This document shows, in pieces, positions 1-11,120 of a stretch of 64,000 bases of DNA. The translations under genes were made by a program, and so were the position numbers. The notes under the pieces are model-generated. The model saw only the letters and a list, made by a program, of their open reading frames with translations. It was not told the DNA's origin and did not search any database. This DNA comes from Octopus sinensis (taxonomy: Eukaryota): the NCBI RefSeq assembly GCF_006345805.1, contig NC_043000.1, positions 91,326,001 to 91,390,000 on the forward strand, written 5' to 3'. Positions within the stretch are counted from its first letter, which is position 1; each line of letters opens with the position of its first letter.

Positions 1-1163
1 TCATGAGTGATGATTAGTAATAAAAAATTATGATAGCTGACTTTTGCCATGTGTAACAAACAAAAGTGTCAATAAATATGCAATAAATTGTAAAAAGAAA
101 AACTATATTATATACACACACACACTATTTTATAAATATATAGATATATGTATATAGTACATAAATATACATAAAATCTATATACATATGTATAATATTA
201 TATAAACACACATAAATAGTATATATTGTTTATATATAAAATGCTATATGTATAATGCATATGTGTACATAAATATATGTAAATGTGTGTGCATACACAC
301 ACACAAGTATGTATATGTATATATATAATGTATTCAAAAGCATTTATGTAAATATTTAGATACACTTTTCTATATGTATGTGTATATGTATACATGTATA
401 AATGTTTGTTTATCTATATATATGTAATGTTTAATTTTTAATAATAATGATAATAATAACAACAAGCACCACAGCAACAACAACAACAACAACAACATCA
501 CCAAGAATGACAAGTACAACAACTCCAGCAACAGAAATAATCATAATTACAAGTACAAAATTATATAGTAGTAGTAGTAGTAGTAGTAGTAGTAGAACTA
601 GTAGTGATAATAATAAGATGATGGCAAAAACATCAACAACAACCAAGAATAACAGTTGTGACTGTCTGGATGAGCAAACACAACTCAACATGGAACACAA
701 CAAGACTTGTCCATCAAGAGACCATCACCATCACCATCACCATCATAAAAAAAAAGTTCTCCAAAATAAAAAATTTAGATTTTGAAGAATTTTTTTCTTT
801 ATGACAAGTATAGGTGTTTTTTGGAGAGATGCATGTACTTTTGCTAGGAATATTCCTTCTGTATTGGAATATATGTTGGAATTTCATTTGCTTGCTGATC
901 TGAATGTTTAAGGGTATGAAGACAGTATTTTTATGTGAGTGTGCTTCTGGATGTGTTTGTGTGTATGTGTGTGTGAGTGAGAGAGAAAGAGAGAGATGTA
1001 TGAGATTGCTTCCAAGTTTGGGAATCCATTAAGTAAGGTATGACAAATCAGTGGTTCCCAACCATTCAAAGTTAAAATTAAATCCTGTTATATTTTCTAT
1101 AATTAAATATTACTAGGAATTGAATTAAAAAAATTGTTAAAAATATTGTGTATTATAGAAGTA

Positions 1164-1560
1164 TACTCTTTTACTCGTTTCAGTCATTTGACTGCGGCCA
1201 TGCTGGAGCACCGCCTTTAGTCGAGCAAATTGACCCCAGGACTTATTCTTGTAAGCCCAGTACTTATTCTATCGGTCTCTTTTGCCAAACCGCTAAGTTA
1301 TGGGGATGTAAACACACCAGCATCGATTATCAATCGATGTTGGGGTGACAAACACAGACACATGAAGACACACATATATATATATACATATATACGACGG
1401 GCTTCTTTCATTTTCCGTCTACGAAATCCACTCACAAGGCTTTGGTCGGCCTGAGGCTATAGTAGAAGACACTTGCCGAAGGTTCCATGCAGTGGGACTG
1501 AACCTGTAACCATGTGGTTGGTAAGCAAGCTACTTACTCCACAGCCACTCCTTTGCCTAT
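1164..1560 (-). mobile_element. tRNA-derived SINE family A (tRNA-like head, CORE-like segment, internal CA/TA microsatellite, conserved tail)
   Basis: Minus strand reads GGAGTGGCTGTGGAGTAAG...GGTTCAGTCCC (A/B-box-like), then CCTTCGGCAAGTGTCTTCT (resembles the CORE-SINE core CCTTGGGCAAGT), and ends TGACTGAAACGAGTAAAAGAGTA. More than 10 copies in the window. Probably one of the described octopus tRNA-derived SINEs; family name not assigned. Confidence 0.85.
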
Positions 1561-1592
1561 ATATATATATATATATATATTTTGGGAAACAA

Positions 1593-1618
1593 TGCGGATT
1601 ATACTTGAGGATTTACGG
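1593..1618. mobile_element. Solo terminal inverted repeat of the Tc2-type MITE family
   Basis: TGCGGATTATACTTGAGGATTTACGG followed by TA matches the right TIR of the element at 12643-13162. Confidence 0.6.
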
Positions 1619-1665
<47 letters not shown>

Positions 1666-1667
<2 letters not shown>

Positions 1668-1910
1668 AGCAAAGTAGGTAGTTAGAAAATCTCTATACTG
1701 CAAAGTAATGTTTATAGCCACATCAATATGTCTATTTGACGTTGCTACCGTTTTTAACCCTGAGAAGAGCCTCCTCTTGCTGGCTATCAATGCAATCTGC
1801 ACCCAGTATATATTGCAAGCAGAGAGTGAACTTCTGCTATTTTTCAGCAGACGATGGGATCAGCAGACCAAATGGTTTCAGGCTAGATGGGCCTGTCATC
1901 AGTAGTGATA
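1666..1910 (-). mobile_element. Partial, diverged retrozyme-like element homologous to the 344-bp monomer at 10.3-11.1 kb
   Basis: Colinear similarity to the monomer (GTCTGCTG..CCC; CTTGCAATATAT; CCAGCAAGAGGAG; GGGTTAAAA; GTGGCTA..ATTACTT). Same 3' junction as the 10264 end: ...TTTGCT followed by (TA)n. Confidence 0.75.
1859..1909 (-). ncRNA. Type I hammerhead ribozyme, GUC triplet, predicted cut between 1866 and 1865
   Basis: AUCACUA-CUGAUGA-C-AGGC(CCAUCUA)GCCU-GAAA-CC(AUUU)GG-UC-UGCUGAU. Core intact; stem I 6 of 7 pairs; stem II 4 bp. Confidence 0.8.
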
Positions 1911-2140
1911 TACATATACACACACATCTATCTCTTTATCAATTGCTATGTATTTATCTTTTAATATATTTAATACGAGAGATTACCTAAAGCATAGTAC
2001 AGATACAGTAATCAAAGATTTCTTATCAGCCTTGATGATATTTTATTCTTCCCACTAATATTTAACATTTGAATTATACACTAATATTTAGTATTGATCT
2101 ATACATTTGCCCCCATAGGTAATACTAGGAAATGTTTGTA

Positions 2141-2345
2141 TGTCTGTGTTTGTCCCCCCAACATTGCTTGACAACCGATGCTGGTGTGTTTATGCCCCCG
2201 TAACTTAGCGGTTCGGCAAAAAGTGACCGATAGAATAAGTACTAAGCTTACAATGAATAAGTCCTGGGGTCGATTTGCTTGACTAAAGGCGGTGCTCCAG
2301 CATGGCTGCAGTCAAATGACTGAAACAAGTAAAAGTGTTAAGAGA
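2141..2345 (+). mobile_element. SINE family A, 3' half
   Basis: CATTGCTTGACAACCGATGCTGGTGTGTTT...GGCGGTGCTCCAGCATGG...TGACTGAAACAAGTAAAAG matches other copies. Confidence 0.85.
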
Positions 2346-2633
2346 GTAAAAGATAATATTTATTATCTTAAATTAAAATGAAATTAAAACAAATTTCTGA
2401 TTAGTGTAACTTCTCCCATAACTTCTTTCTTTGTCTATGAGTGTTTCTCTCTCACTAAGGGTGTGTGTGTGCGTGTGCAGAGAGTGAGAGAAAGAGAGAG
2501 CGAATGACAAACAGAGAGAGAGAGAGAGAGCAAGCATTTATTTACTCATTATCTGTCACCAAACCGAGTATGTACAATCTCTCCTTGCCTGTCATTTTAG
2601 TCAAATGAATGAAACCTCTTAGTTTTTGTTCGA

Positions 2634-2961
2634 AGCCTAGTACTTATTCTAACAGTATTTTTTGCCGAACTGCTGTGTTACAATAACATAAACAAACCAA
2701 CACCAGTTGTCAAGCTGGCACAAACACACACACACACACACGTGCACACACACACACACACACACACACGTGCACACACACATACACACACACACATGCA
2801 TATACATATTCGACGGGCTTCTTTCAGTTTCTGTTACTAAATCCTCTCACCAGGCTTTGGTTGGCCCGAGGCCATAGCAGAAGACACTTGTACAATGTAC
2901 CACACAGTGGGACTGAACCCAGAACTGCATGGTAGGGAAGCAAAGTTCTTACCACACAGCC
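2634..2961 (-). mobile_element. SINE family A, degenerate
   Basis: Reverse-complement match to family A head and body with expanded (CA)n. Confidence 0.75.
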
Positions 2962-3540
2962 ATATCATACATACATACATACATGCATACATACATACAT
3001 ACATACATGCATACATACATACATACATACATATGTATACACACACACACATTTATATCTGTATACATTCTCCTGTTGCCTCTCTCTTACTCTCTCACCC
3101 ATTACATCTCTCTTTATGTCCTTCTGCACCGACAAGTCCCATCTCTAATGGCTAATGATGATAGCTAAACATTATGCTGGAAACGGGAGAGTCAAGGGAC
3201 TTGATAAAGCTTAGACAATATTTTCTGATCCGTATCGGACTGATATGTAATGTAATAGACTGATGGCTTTATATTGATTACTGATAGAAATAGACACAAG
3301 AGGGGGTGTCTAGCTATATGTATTTGTTTATGTGTCAGTATATATTATGTGTGTAGCTCTGAGTGTATGTGTGTGTATATGTGTACATCACATTTGATGG
3401 GTAAACATTAGCGATTATGTGTGTGTATGTGTGAGTATATTTCAGTGCTTTTGCTTTTGTATGTTTGTGCATATATGCTTCGATTTATTTGCATGTGCAC
3501 CTGCACTCTTTAATATATATGTATATATATATATATATAT

Positions 3541-3598
<58 letters not shown>

Positions 3599-3781
3599 TA
3601 TATGTGTGTGTGTGTATATATATACACGGTTATGTATGAATATATCTACACGTGCATGTGTGTAGATGAAAGTTTTTGTATATTTGTCTATACTTGTATG
3701 TATATGTATGTGTCTGTATATATATGTATATGTGTGTGTATATATATATGCATGTATAAATGTATGCCCATCTATCTATCC

Positions 3782-3859
<78 letters not shown>

Positions 3860-3860
3860 A

Positions 3861-3909
<49 letters not shown>

Positions 3910-4110
3910 GTCAATATGTATGTACATATACATATATACAAATATGTTTTAGCATGTGCGTGTCTATGTACATGCACGCAGGTATGTATAGAATGCTTGT
4001 ATTTATATTTATAGTTTTGTGGTTGGTCCAAGTAATATGGGTCAGATTTGTCGAACACTGTGTGAGCATCTAAATTTACGTATTTTTATGTACGTATATA
4101 TGCATGTAGA

Positions 4111-4144
<34 letters not shown>

Positions 4145-4449
4145 TACATTAGCCTAAACAAATTGTACTAGATCTCTGGCTGACGATCTTCAGTAATATA
4201 TAATCTTCAGAAAAGTCGTCAACATAATTTGCGATTTTTATGTATTGGCTTCATCCTTTCCTTTACATGAAACAACTTCCTATCTATCTGCCTGCCTGTC
4301 TGTCTGTCTGCCTGCCTATCTGCCTGTCTGTTTTCTATTGTCTGTCTGGACATATATAGGTCTATTTGAATGTAACATTATGCTCTTCTCACTGTGTGTA
4401 ATTCTAATAAATGATCTGTTATGTATCACTATATGCATGTGTGCACATG

Positions 4450-4484
<35 letters not shown>

Positions 4485-5261
4485 ATGTGTTTGTGTATGT
4501 GTTTGTGCCTATGCGTAGACACGCTCTGTGTTTTGTAAGTATGTTAATATATAATTATATATTTCTCTATGGAGCAGTGATTCTGTTTATGGGTTACTAT
4601 ATGCTGTTGTTTAATTTAGCATGAATTTTATCCTTTTACTTTTTTATTAGTAATGGTCAGCAAATTAGTGGAATCGATCGAGCATTGGTCAGAATGTCTT
4701 TGCAGTATTTGTGACGTTTTTTTTTACGTGTTTTCAGGTCAAATCTAGCAAAGATTCATTTCGCTTCCTTTTGAAATGTTTGACTTTGTGCGTTAAAAAA
4801 CAAAACAAGAACATTAATCTTATCTACGCCATAAAAATGTTGAAACTTCGAGAGGATGAAATAAATCGTTTATAAAGGAGTAACTCGAAGAAGATAAAGC
4901 TATAAATAATGTGTAAATATTAGGTTAAAATTCCTCCTTGAATAGAAGTCAAGGGCCGTAGTTCTTTACACTGACCTCTGAATAGGGTTTGGTTGTGTAA
5001 AATTGATGTTGATGAAAACTGGGAGTAGAATAGAAAATTAACGAATAGAGTTGTTAGAAATTCCTTAGAATTCCATTAAGTAGTTGTTTCACTTCTCTCA
5101 GTTCCGATCTTTCCTATGTCAACTTTGCCTTTCCGTCTTCGATATTTTCTATCCAAGAGTTTTATTTAAGCCATTAATTACATGCTCTTATCTTTAGATT
5201 TATTTACTTGGAGTTCCACAGTTAAAGATGATTTATCAATTTTATAGCTTAAAGGAAAGCA

Positions 5262-5640
5262 GTTTGGCAGAATTAGTAAAGCAGAATTGCTAAAACAGCA
5301 TTTAGTTAATCCTTTTACGTTTTGGGTTCAAATTCCATCGGTGTCTTCTTTGCCTTTATTCCTCAAAGACGGAAGAAATGAGCAGCTGTGACACTGTTGC
5401 TTTAATCTAGAGCTTCTTGTTTCCTTCAGAATTTCTTGCAACAAACCTATATTTAGAAATCCTTAATTTATCACTTCAAATCGGCAGACACGCCAGTGTG
5501 CCAAACAAAATATTTAGGGGCGTTTCTTCCGACTCTTTACGTTTTGAATTCGAACCCCGCTGTGGTTGACTTCGTTTTTCCCCCCCTCTTGAATCAATAT
5601 ATCATAAAGTACCAGTCAAGTATTGGGATTGATTTTATTA
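5262..5640 (+). mobile_element. Degenerate SINE family B fragments
   Basis: TTTACGTTTTG(G/A)RTTCAAAT...TTTGCCTTT...AAAGTACCAGTCAAGTATTGGGA motifs of family B. Confidence 0.55.
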
Positions 5641-5663
5641 ACTACCTCCTGACAATTGCGATT

Positions 5664-5834
5664 TAGGCGCAGGAATGACTGTGTAGTAAGTAGCTTGCTT
5701 ACCAACCACATGGTTACGGGTTCAGTCCCACTGCGTGGAAATTTGGGCAAGTGTCTTCTACTATAGCCTCGGGCCGTCCAAAGCCTTGTGAGTAGATTTG
5801 GTAGACGGAAAGAAGCCCGTCGTATATGTGTGTA

Positions 5835-5884
<50 letters not shown>

Positions 5885-6320
5885 ATCCAGATATGAACAA
5901 AGAGAAAACACAACAACGCGAGGACGTGGAACAAGTATAATGTTATTGGACGCTCAAGAAAGGAAAGAAAGAAGCGGAGCTCTTCGTCAGAAACATAGAA
6001 AAAGGAAAAGTCCAAGGAAAGGAAGACGGAGAAAGAAAATCGCCAACGATATACACGTAGTCACATATTGAAATACACACACATAGACACACACATATAT
6101 ATGTATGTATATGTTTGTGTGTTTGTGTTTGTCCCCTCAACATCGCTTGACAACCGATGCTGGTGTGTTTACGTCCCCGTAACTTTACAGTTCGGCAAGA
6201 AAGACCGACAGAATAAGCTTACAAAGAATAAGTCCTGGGGTCGATTTGCTCGACTAAAGGCGACGCTCCAGCATGGCCGCGGTCAAACGACTGAAACAAA
6301 TAAAAGAAAGTAAAAGAAAG
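5664..6320 (+). mobile_element. SINE family A interrupted by a Penelope-like 3' terminus
   Basis: Head at 5664-5825, insertion at about 5881-6070 inside the internal (TA)n, tail at 6120-6320. Confidence 0.85.
5881..6070 (-). mobile_element. Penelope-like 3' terminal fragment with half-deleted hammerhead
   Basis: Minus strand GTTT-CTGACGA-A-GAGC(TCC)GCT (GAAA half lost), then TTCTTGAGCGTCCAATAA as in the PLE terminus; ends GGATTAAC-(TA)n. Confidence 0.65.
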
Positions 6321-6374
6321 TAACCCCTTTCTCTAAAATTGATGGTCTTCTACCAAATTTAGAAAGCTTTACAA

Positions 6375-6830
6375 GGTGACGGAGCTAGCAGAATAGCTAG
6401 CGTATTAGACAGAATGCTTTTTAATATTTCTTGCAGTTCTGAATATCTTAAGTCCATATCCTTGTAGGGTCAACATTGCCTTTCATCTTTTAAGGGTCGA
6501 TAAAATAAGGTACCAGTCAAATATTTTGGTCAATGTAAACGATCAACTCATTCATTCATTCTAAAAGTTTCTGAACTTGTACCAAAATTTGAATCAAATT
6601 TAATCAAATATTGGACAAACAGAGGATTAAACTATCAGACCTGTGCACTCCGTTTGGTTTATGCTTTGCTTGAAATTCTGTAGGTTGGCACTGATAAAGA
6701 TAAACGGAGTCGTTAGAAAGTCGTTCAGAAATCCTTACACTGTTTGTTCCAGTTCTCTGCATTCTGAGTCCCTATCCAGCTGAGGTCAACTTCGCCTTCC
6801 TTTTGGGGATGATAAAATAAGTGTATCAGT
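6375..6830 (+). mobile_element. Two degenerate SINE family B copies
   Basis: GACGGAGCTAGCAGAA...TTGCCTTTCATCTTTTAAGGGTCGATAAAATAAGGTACCAG, and a second copy from about 6690. Confidence 0.6.
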
Positions 6831-6861
6831 GCAAGCAGTAAAATGTTGTTTTCGTGGTTGC

Positions 6862-7118
6862 CCTTCTTCTTCTTCTTCTTCTTCTTCTTCTTCTTCTTCT
6901 TCTTCTTCTTCTTCTTCTTCTTCTTCTTCTTCTTCTTCTTCTTCTTCTTCTTCTTCTTCCTCCCTACAAGTTCTTTTCTTCTTCTCGTCTTCCCCGTCGT
7001 CGTCCTCCTCGTCCTCCCCCTCTTCCCCTCGTCCTCCTCCTTTGTGTCCTCAAAGTTCATTTCTTCTTCTTCTTCTCTTCTTCTTCTTCTTCTTCTTCTT
7101 CTTCTTCTTCTTCTTCTC
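6862..7118. repeat. (TTC)n microsatellite expansions
   Basis: About 32 perfect TTC units plus a second tract. These produce the poly-F/S/L/K ORFs. Confidence 0.95.
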
Positions 7119-7329
7119 CTGCCTCTCCTTCTATAGACAGTTACATAATCGATATCCTTTTTTCCACATCAATAAACCATATCAGCATTAGGTTGAAAGA
7201 CACAATTTCCTGAAGTAGTCGCTGATGTCTCGGAACTCCAAATGACTTTCTGGTAACATTATCGCTATATGCTCTTTCAGCCAGACTGTATGATAGGGAT
7301 AGTTTGCAAAGAAGTACCTGTAACTAGCT

Positions 7330-7341
7330 ACCACACACACA

Positions 7342-7377
<36 letters not shown>

Positions 7378-7386
7378 ACACACACA

Positions 7387-7417
<31 letters not shown>

Positions 7418-7518
7418 CTCACTCACTTACTCACACACACAAACACGCATGCACGCAGAGAAACACGCATGAACGCACACACTGACATATACACACGTAT
7501 ATATATACGTATATATAC

Positions 7519-7586
<68 letters not shown>

Positions 7587-7610
7587 GTATATATAATGTA
7601 CATATATGTA

Positions 7611-7641
<31 letters not shown>

Positions 7642-8029
7642 CTGAATATATACACACACAAGCACACACATAATATATGTATGTATATATGTGTATATTA
7701 TTATATATATATGAATATAACTATATGTGCATTTATATATATATATGTATATGTATATATGTATATATATATATATATATATATACATACATACATATAC
7801 ATATATATATATACACATATATATGTATATGTATATATATAGATGTATATGTATATATATATATGTATATATGTATATGCATGTATATATATATACACAG
7901 ACACACACATATATATATATATACATATGTATATATAATATATGTATATATGTATATGCATGTATATATATATATATATATATACATATATATATGCATA
8001 TATATACATATATATATAATATATATATA

Positions 8030-8067
<38 letters not shown>

Positions 8068-8090
8068 GTATATGTATATATATATATGGA
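7330..8090. repeat. Compound (CA)n/(TA)n/(TATG)n low-complexity tract
   Basis: Direct inspection; representative of many such tracts in the window. Confidence 0.95.
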
Positions 8091-8231
8091 ATAGAGAGAA
8101 GCAACAATGGCAATTTAATTGGTAAGAAGTGCGCACCCTCTCACTGGTAATATTCCAAAAGACATCCTTTAAAACATGCCAACTGTCTCAGCAAAAAATG
8201 CCAAGTAAAAATAATAATAGTAATGCTGACT

Positions 8232-8262
<31 letters not shown>

Positions 8263-8527
8263 TGGCGGCGCTGATGATTACGATGATGATAATGATTATA
8301 ATGGTGATGTTGGATGACATTACTACTACTATTACTACTACTACTACTACCGATGATGACGGTGTCGATAATGATGATGATGACGATGATGATTGTAGTA
8401 GAAGTAACAACAACAACAATAATAATAATAACGAAATATAAATAAATATAGAAAATGAGAGCAAAGCGCTGAGGTCTCTAACACGGTGCAACTTGGTACA
8501 CACGCTGACACACACACACAGTTGTAA

Positions 8528-8566
<39 letters not shown>

Positions 8567-8645
8567 TGAAATATATATAATTTCATATCATATATATATA
8601 TATACACCCAACAACTCCACTTTGTTATATACATATATATATATA

Positions 8646-8676
<31 letters not shown>

Positions 8677-9244
8677 CGTGTGCACACATCTACATGTGTG
8701 TCTGCTTCTATGGATGTACGCATGTATGTGTGTATACGTACATCTGTGTGAATTTTTCTTTAGCGGTTGACATGTTCTGATGTAACAACTTATAGTTAAT
8801 GGATATGATTCTCAGGTGAAAACTGCGGATACCTTTTCTATTAGTTTGACTGACATAAGGACGAAGTGGAGTAATAAAAAAAAAGGAAGTAAAAAAATCA
8901 GGGTAAAAACGGAAAGATAATGTAATAAGCTTGATGTAATAGTTCGAGTCAAATGTAAAATACATATACACACATTCATATGTATACCTGTATACGTACA
9001 TAAACATAATTATACGTATGTGTATACACACACAGACATATTTACACATACATGCGTGTATATATATACAATTTTACGATATTATGATATGTATGTATAT
9101 ATTTGTGTGACAGTGAGTGTATGTAATACATACAGAGATACAAAAATATAATCATTGATACATACATAAAAAATATATGCATATATATGTAAATACCAAC
9201 ACTTAGGTTTCAACGTACATACACAGAACTTTATATATACATAC

Positions 9245-9283
<39 letters not shown>

Positions 9284-9338
9284 TATTATATATATATATA
9301 TATAGAATATATATAATATAATATATATTATATATATA

Positions 9339-9880
9339 CTAGCAGTATCGCCCGGCTCGTGCGCTCGTGCGTTCTATGCACACGCGAATTAAACTAAACT
9401 TGGATGAAGTTCAATCAAAATTCAATTATTTGGTTTTAAAATCAAGCATTAATGCCCTCTATTTTTGCGCTTATGTGTTCCATTTCCTCAATAGGAAGTA
9501 CGTAGAAGCGTTTCATAAATTTTTGTTGATCAAATAATTGCATTGTTGAATTATTCTTTTAGATCAGTATTTCTCAACGGGGATTTCAGGGGAGAGTTTC
9601 AGGGAGTCGCTGACGATGTATCGCGATGATCAAAAATCCGGCCTGCTAAAATTTGGTTAAAGTGATTCAAACTGCAGACTCAACGCAAAATGGTCACATT
9701 TAATTCAAAGCGTTAAAAATGTTATGAAAACAATTGGTATGTGTTTACAAGTCCAAACGATTAATACGAAAAAACCTTCCAGGCTACATCCCGAAAATTC
9801 ATTTCTTCTCAACGTCGCTTGATGTATACATGAAATTAGTGACCGATATAGAGTGTCCACTCATCTTTATATCATATATA
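9339..9880 (-). mobile_element. Probable non-autonomous Helitron (3' end clear, 5' end uncertain)
   Basis: Minus-strand end ...GCCGGGCGATACTGCTAG followed by T resembles the CTAG terminus of the Helitron at 13512. The right boundary is a guess. Confidence 0.4.
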
Positions 9881-10043
9881 TATTACACACATACACACGC
9901 GCATATATACACAAGGTATGGAGGTTTAGTTCACAGGTGATCTAAACGATTAGGTATGCTAGGTAAGTGGTGTAACGGATTACTAGAGCTCCAAGGTTAT
10001 AACCGAGACAATTACACACACACACACACACACACATCTTTAT

Positions 10044-10216
10044 ATGTATGGATCAAAGCAGTTTGATTCAAATTCGTTGGTACTCTTGAGTTTCAAGCGC
10101 GATGCTGGTCTTCAGCCATTTTAAATTAGAAATCCAAAATGGGAGAAGACTAGCATCGCGCTTGAAACTCAAGAGTACCAACGAATTTGAATCAAACTGT
10201 TTGATCCATACATGTA
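10044..10216. repeat. Fold-back inverted repeat (about 68-bp arms, about 32-nt loop)
   Basis: ATGTATGGATCAAAGCAGTTTGATTCAAATTCGTTGGTACTCTTGAGTTTCAAGCGCGATGCTGGTCTTC and its near-perfect reverse complement at 10145-10216. Confidence 0.9.
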
Positions 10217-10261
10217 ACTCCAAATAAATTTGTTGAGTGCTCTTCTTTCGTATATATATAA

Positions 10262-10831
10262 GCAAAAATGCTAGTTCTAAAATCTCTGTGAGACATCAAC
10301 GCAGTAGTTGTACTGACAAGTAATTTTCGTAGCCACTTCAGCATGACTGTCCGTTGGAACGGACTTTACTGCAACTTTTTAACTCCAAGAGTACATCTCC
10401 TCTAGCAAGTTAACGATGCACAGCTGCATCCGATATATTGCGAGCAGGAGAGCGAGCCCATACCACCTTCTAGCAACGGGGCCAGCAGACCAACCTGGTT
10501 TCGGGCTATTTTTGCCTCTCTTCAGTACTGGATACCTCGTTTCTTCGTTCGCCTCTGCTCGCATTATACATAATTTCAAGTGACACAGAGTCGGTGATTC
10601 TACAAGGAAAAATGATAGTTCTAAAATCTCGCTAAGGGATAAACGCAGTAGTTGTACTCACAAGTAATATTCGTAGCCACTTCAATATGGCTATCCGTTC
10701 GAATGGACTTTACAGCGAATTTTTAACCCAAGAGGATATCTCCTCTAGCTGGATAACGATACACAGCTGCATTAGGTATATTGTGAGCAGAGGAGCGAAC
10801 GCCTACCACCTTCTAGCAACGGGATCAGCAG
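10262..10831 (-). mobile_element. Non-LTR retrozyme-like element: about 1.65 tandem copies of a 343-344 bp hammerhead-bearing monomer
   Basis: Direct repeat with period 344 (anchors 10270/10614 and 10329/10673), roughly 85% identical by eye; complete HHR at 10482-10531; 3' end abuts (TA)n. Confidence 0.8.
10482..10531 (-). ncRNA. Type I hammerhead ribozyme, GUC triplet, predicted cut between 10488 and 10487
   Basis: CCAGUA-CUGAAGA-GAGGC(AAAAAUA)GCCC-GAAA-CCA(GGU)UGG-UC-UGCUGG. All core nucleotides present; stem I 6 bp, stem III 4 bp, stem II 3-4 bp. Confidence 0.88.
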
Positions 10832-10854
10832 CGACTGCGTGTCGCTCGAAATAT

Positions 10855-11120
10855 TATATATTGTGAACAGAGGTGCACTACTACCATCTCCAACAAACGA
10901 GGTGTCCAATACTGAAGAGAGGCAGAAATAGCCCGAAACCAGGTTGGTCTGCTGGTCCCGTCGTTAGAAGGTGGTAAGGGCTCACTCCCCGGCTCGCAAT
11001 ACATCGAATGCAGCTGTGCATCGTTAACCAGCTAGAGGAGATGTCCTCTTGGGGTTAAAATTTTGCAATAAAGACCATTCGAACGGACAGCCATGTTGAA
11101 GTGGCTACGAAAATTACTTA
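10855..11120 (+). mobile_element. Inverted partial copy of the retrozyme monomer
   Basis: Reverse complement of about 10318-10570; ends ...GTGGCTACGAAAATTACTT followed by (AT)n. Confidence 0.8.
10906..10955 (+). ncRNA. Type I hammerhead ribozyme, GUC triplet, predicted cut after 10949
   Basis: CCAAUA-CUGAAGA-GAGGC(AGAAAUA)GCCC-GAAA-CCA(GGU)UGG-UC-UGCUGG. Two differences from the 10482-10531 copy, one of which makes a stem I mismatch. Confidence 0.85.

Noticed and set aside
447-785. 112-aa ORF with poly-T/S/H and a non-repetitive-looking C-terminus
   Set aside because: Built mostly from ACA/AGT/CAT trinucleotide runs; no domain or splice support recognised.
4165-4225. CTGACGA...GAAAAGTCGTC
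   Set aside because: No stem II or stem I complementarity.
3419-9049. Many long ORFs (YIYI, CVCV, HTHT) here and throughout the window
   Set aside because: Translations of (TA)n, (CA)n, (TATG)n and (TATC)n microsatellites, which lack stop codons.
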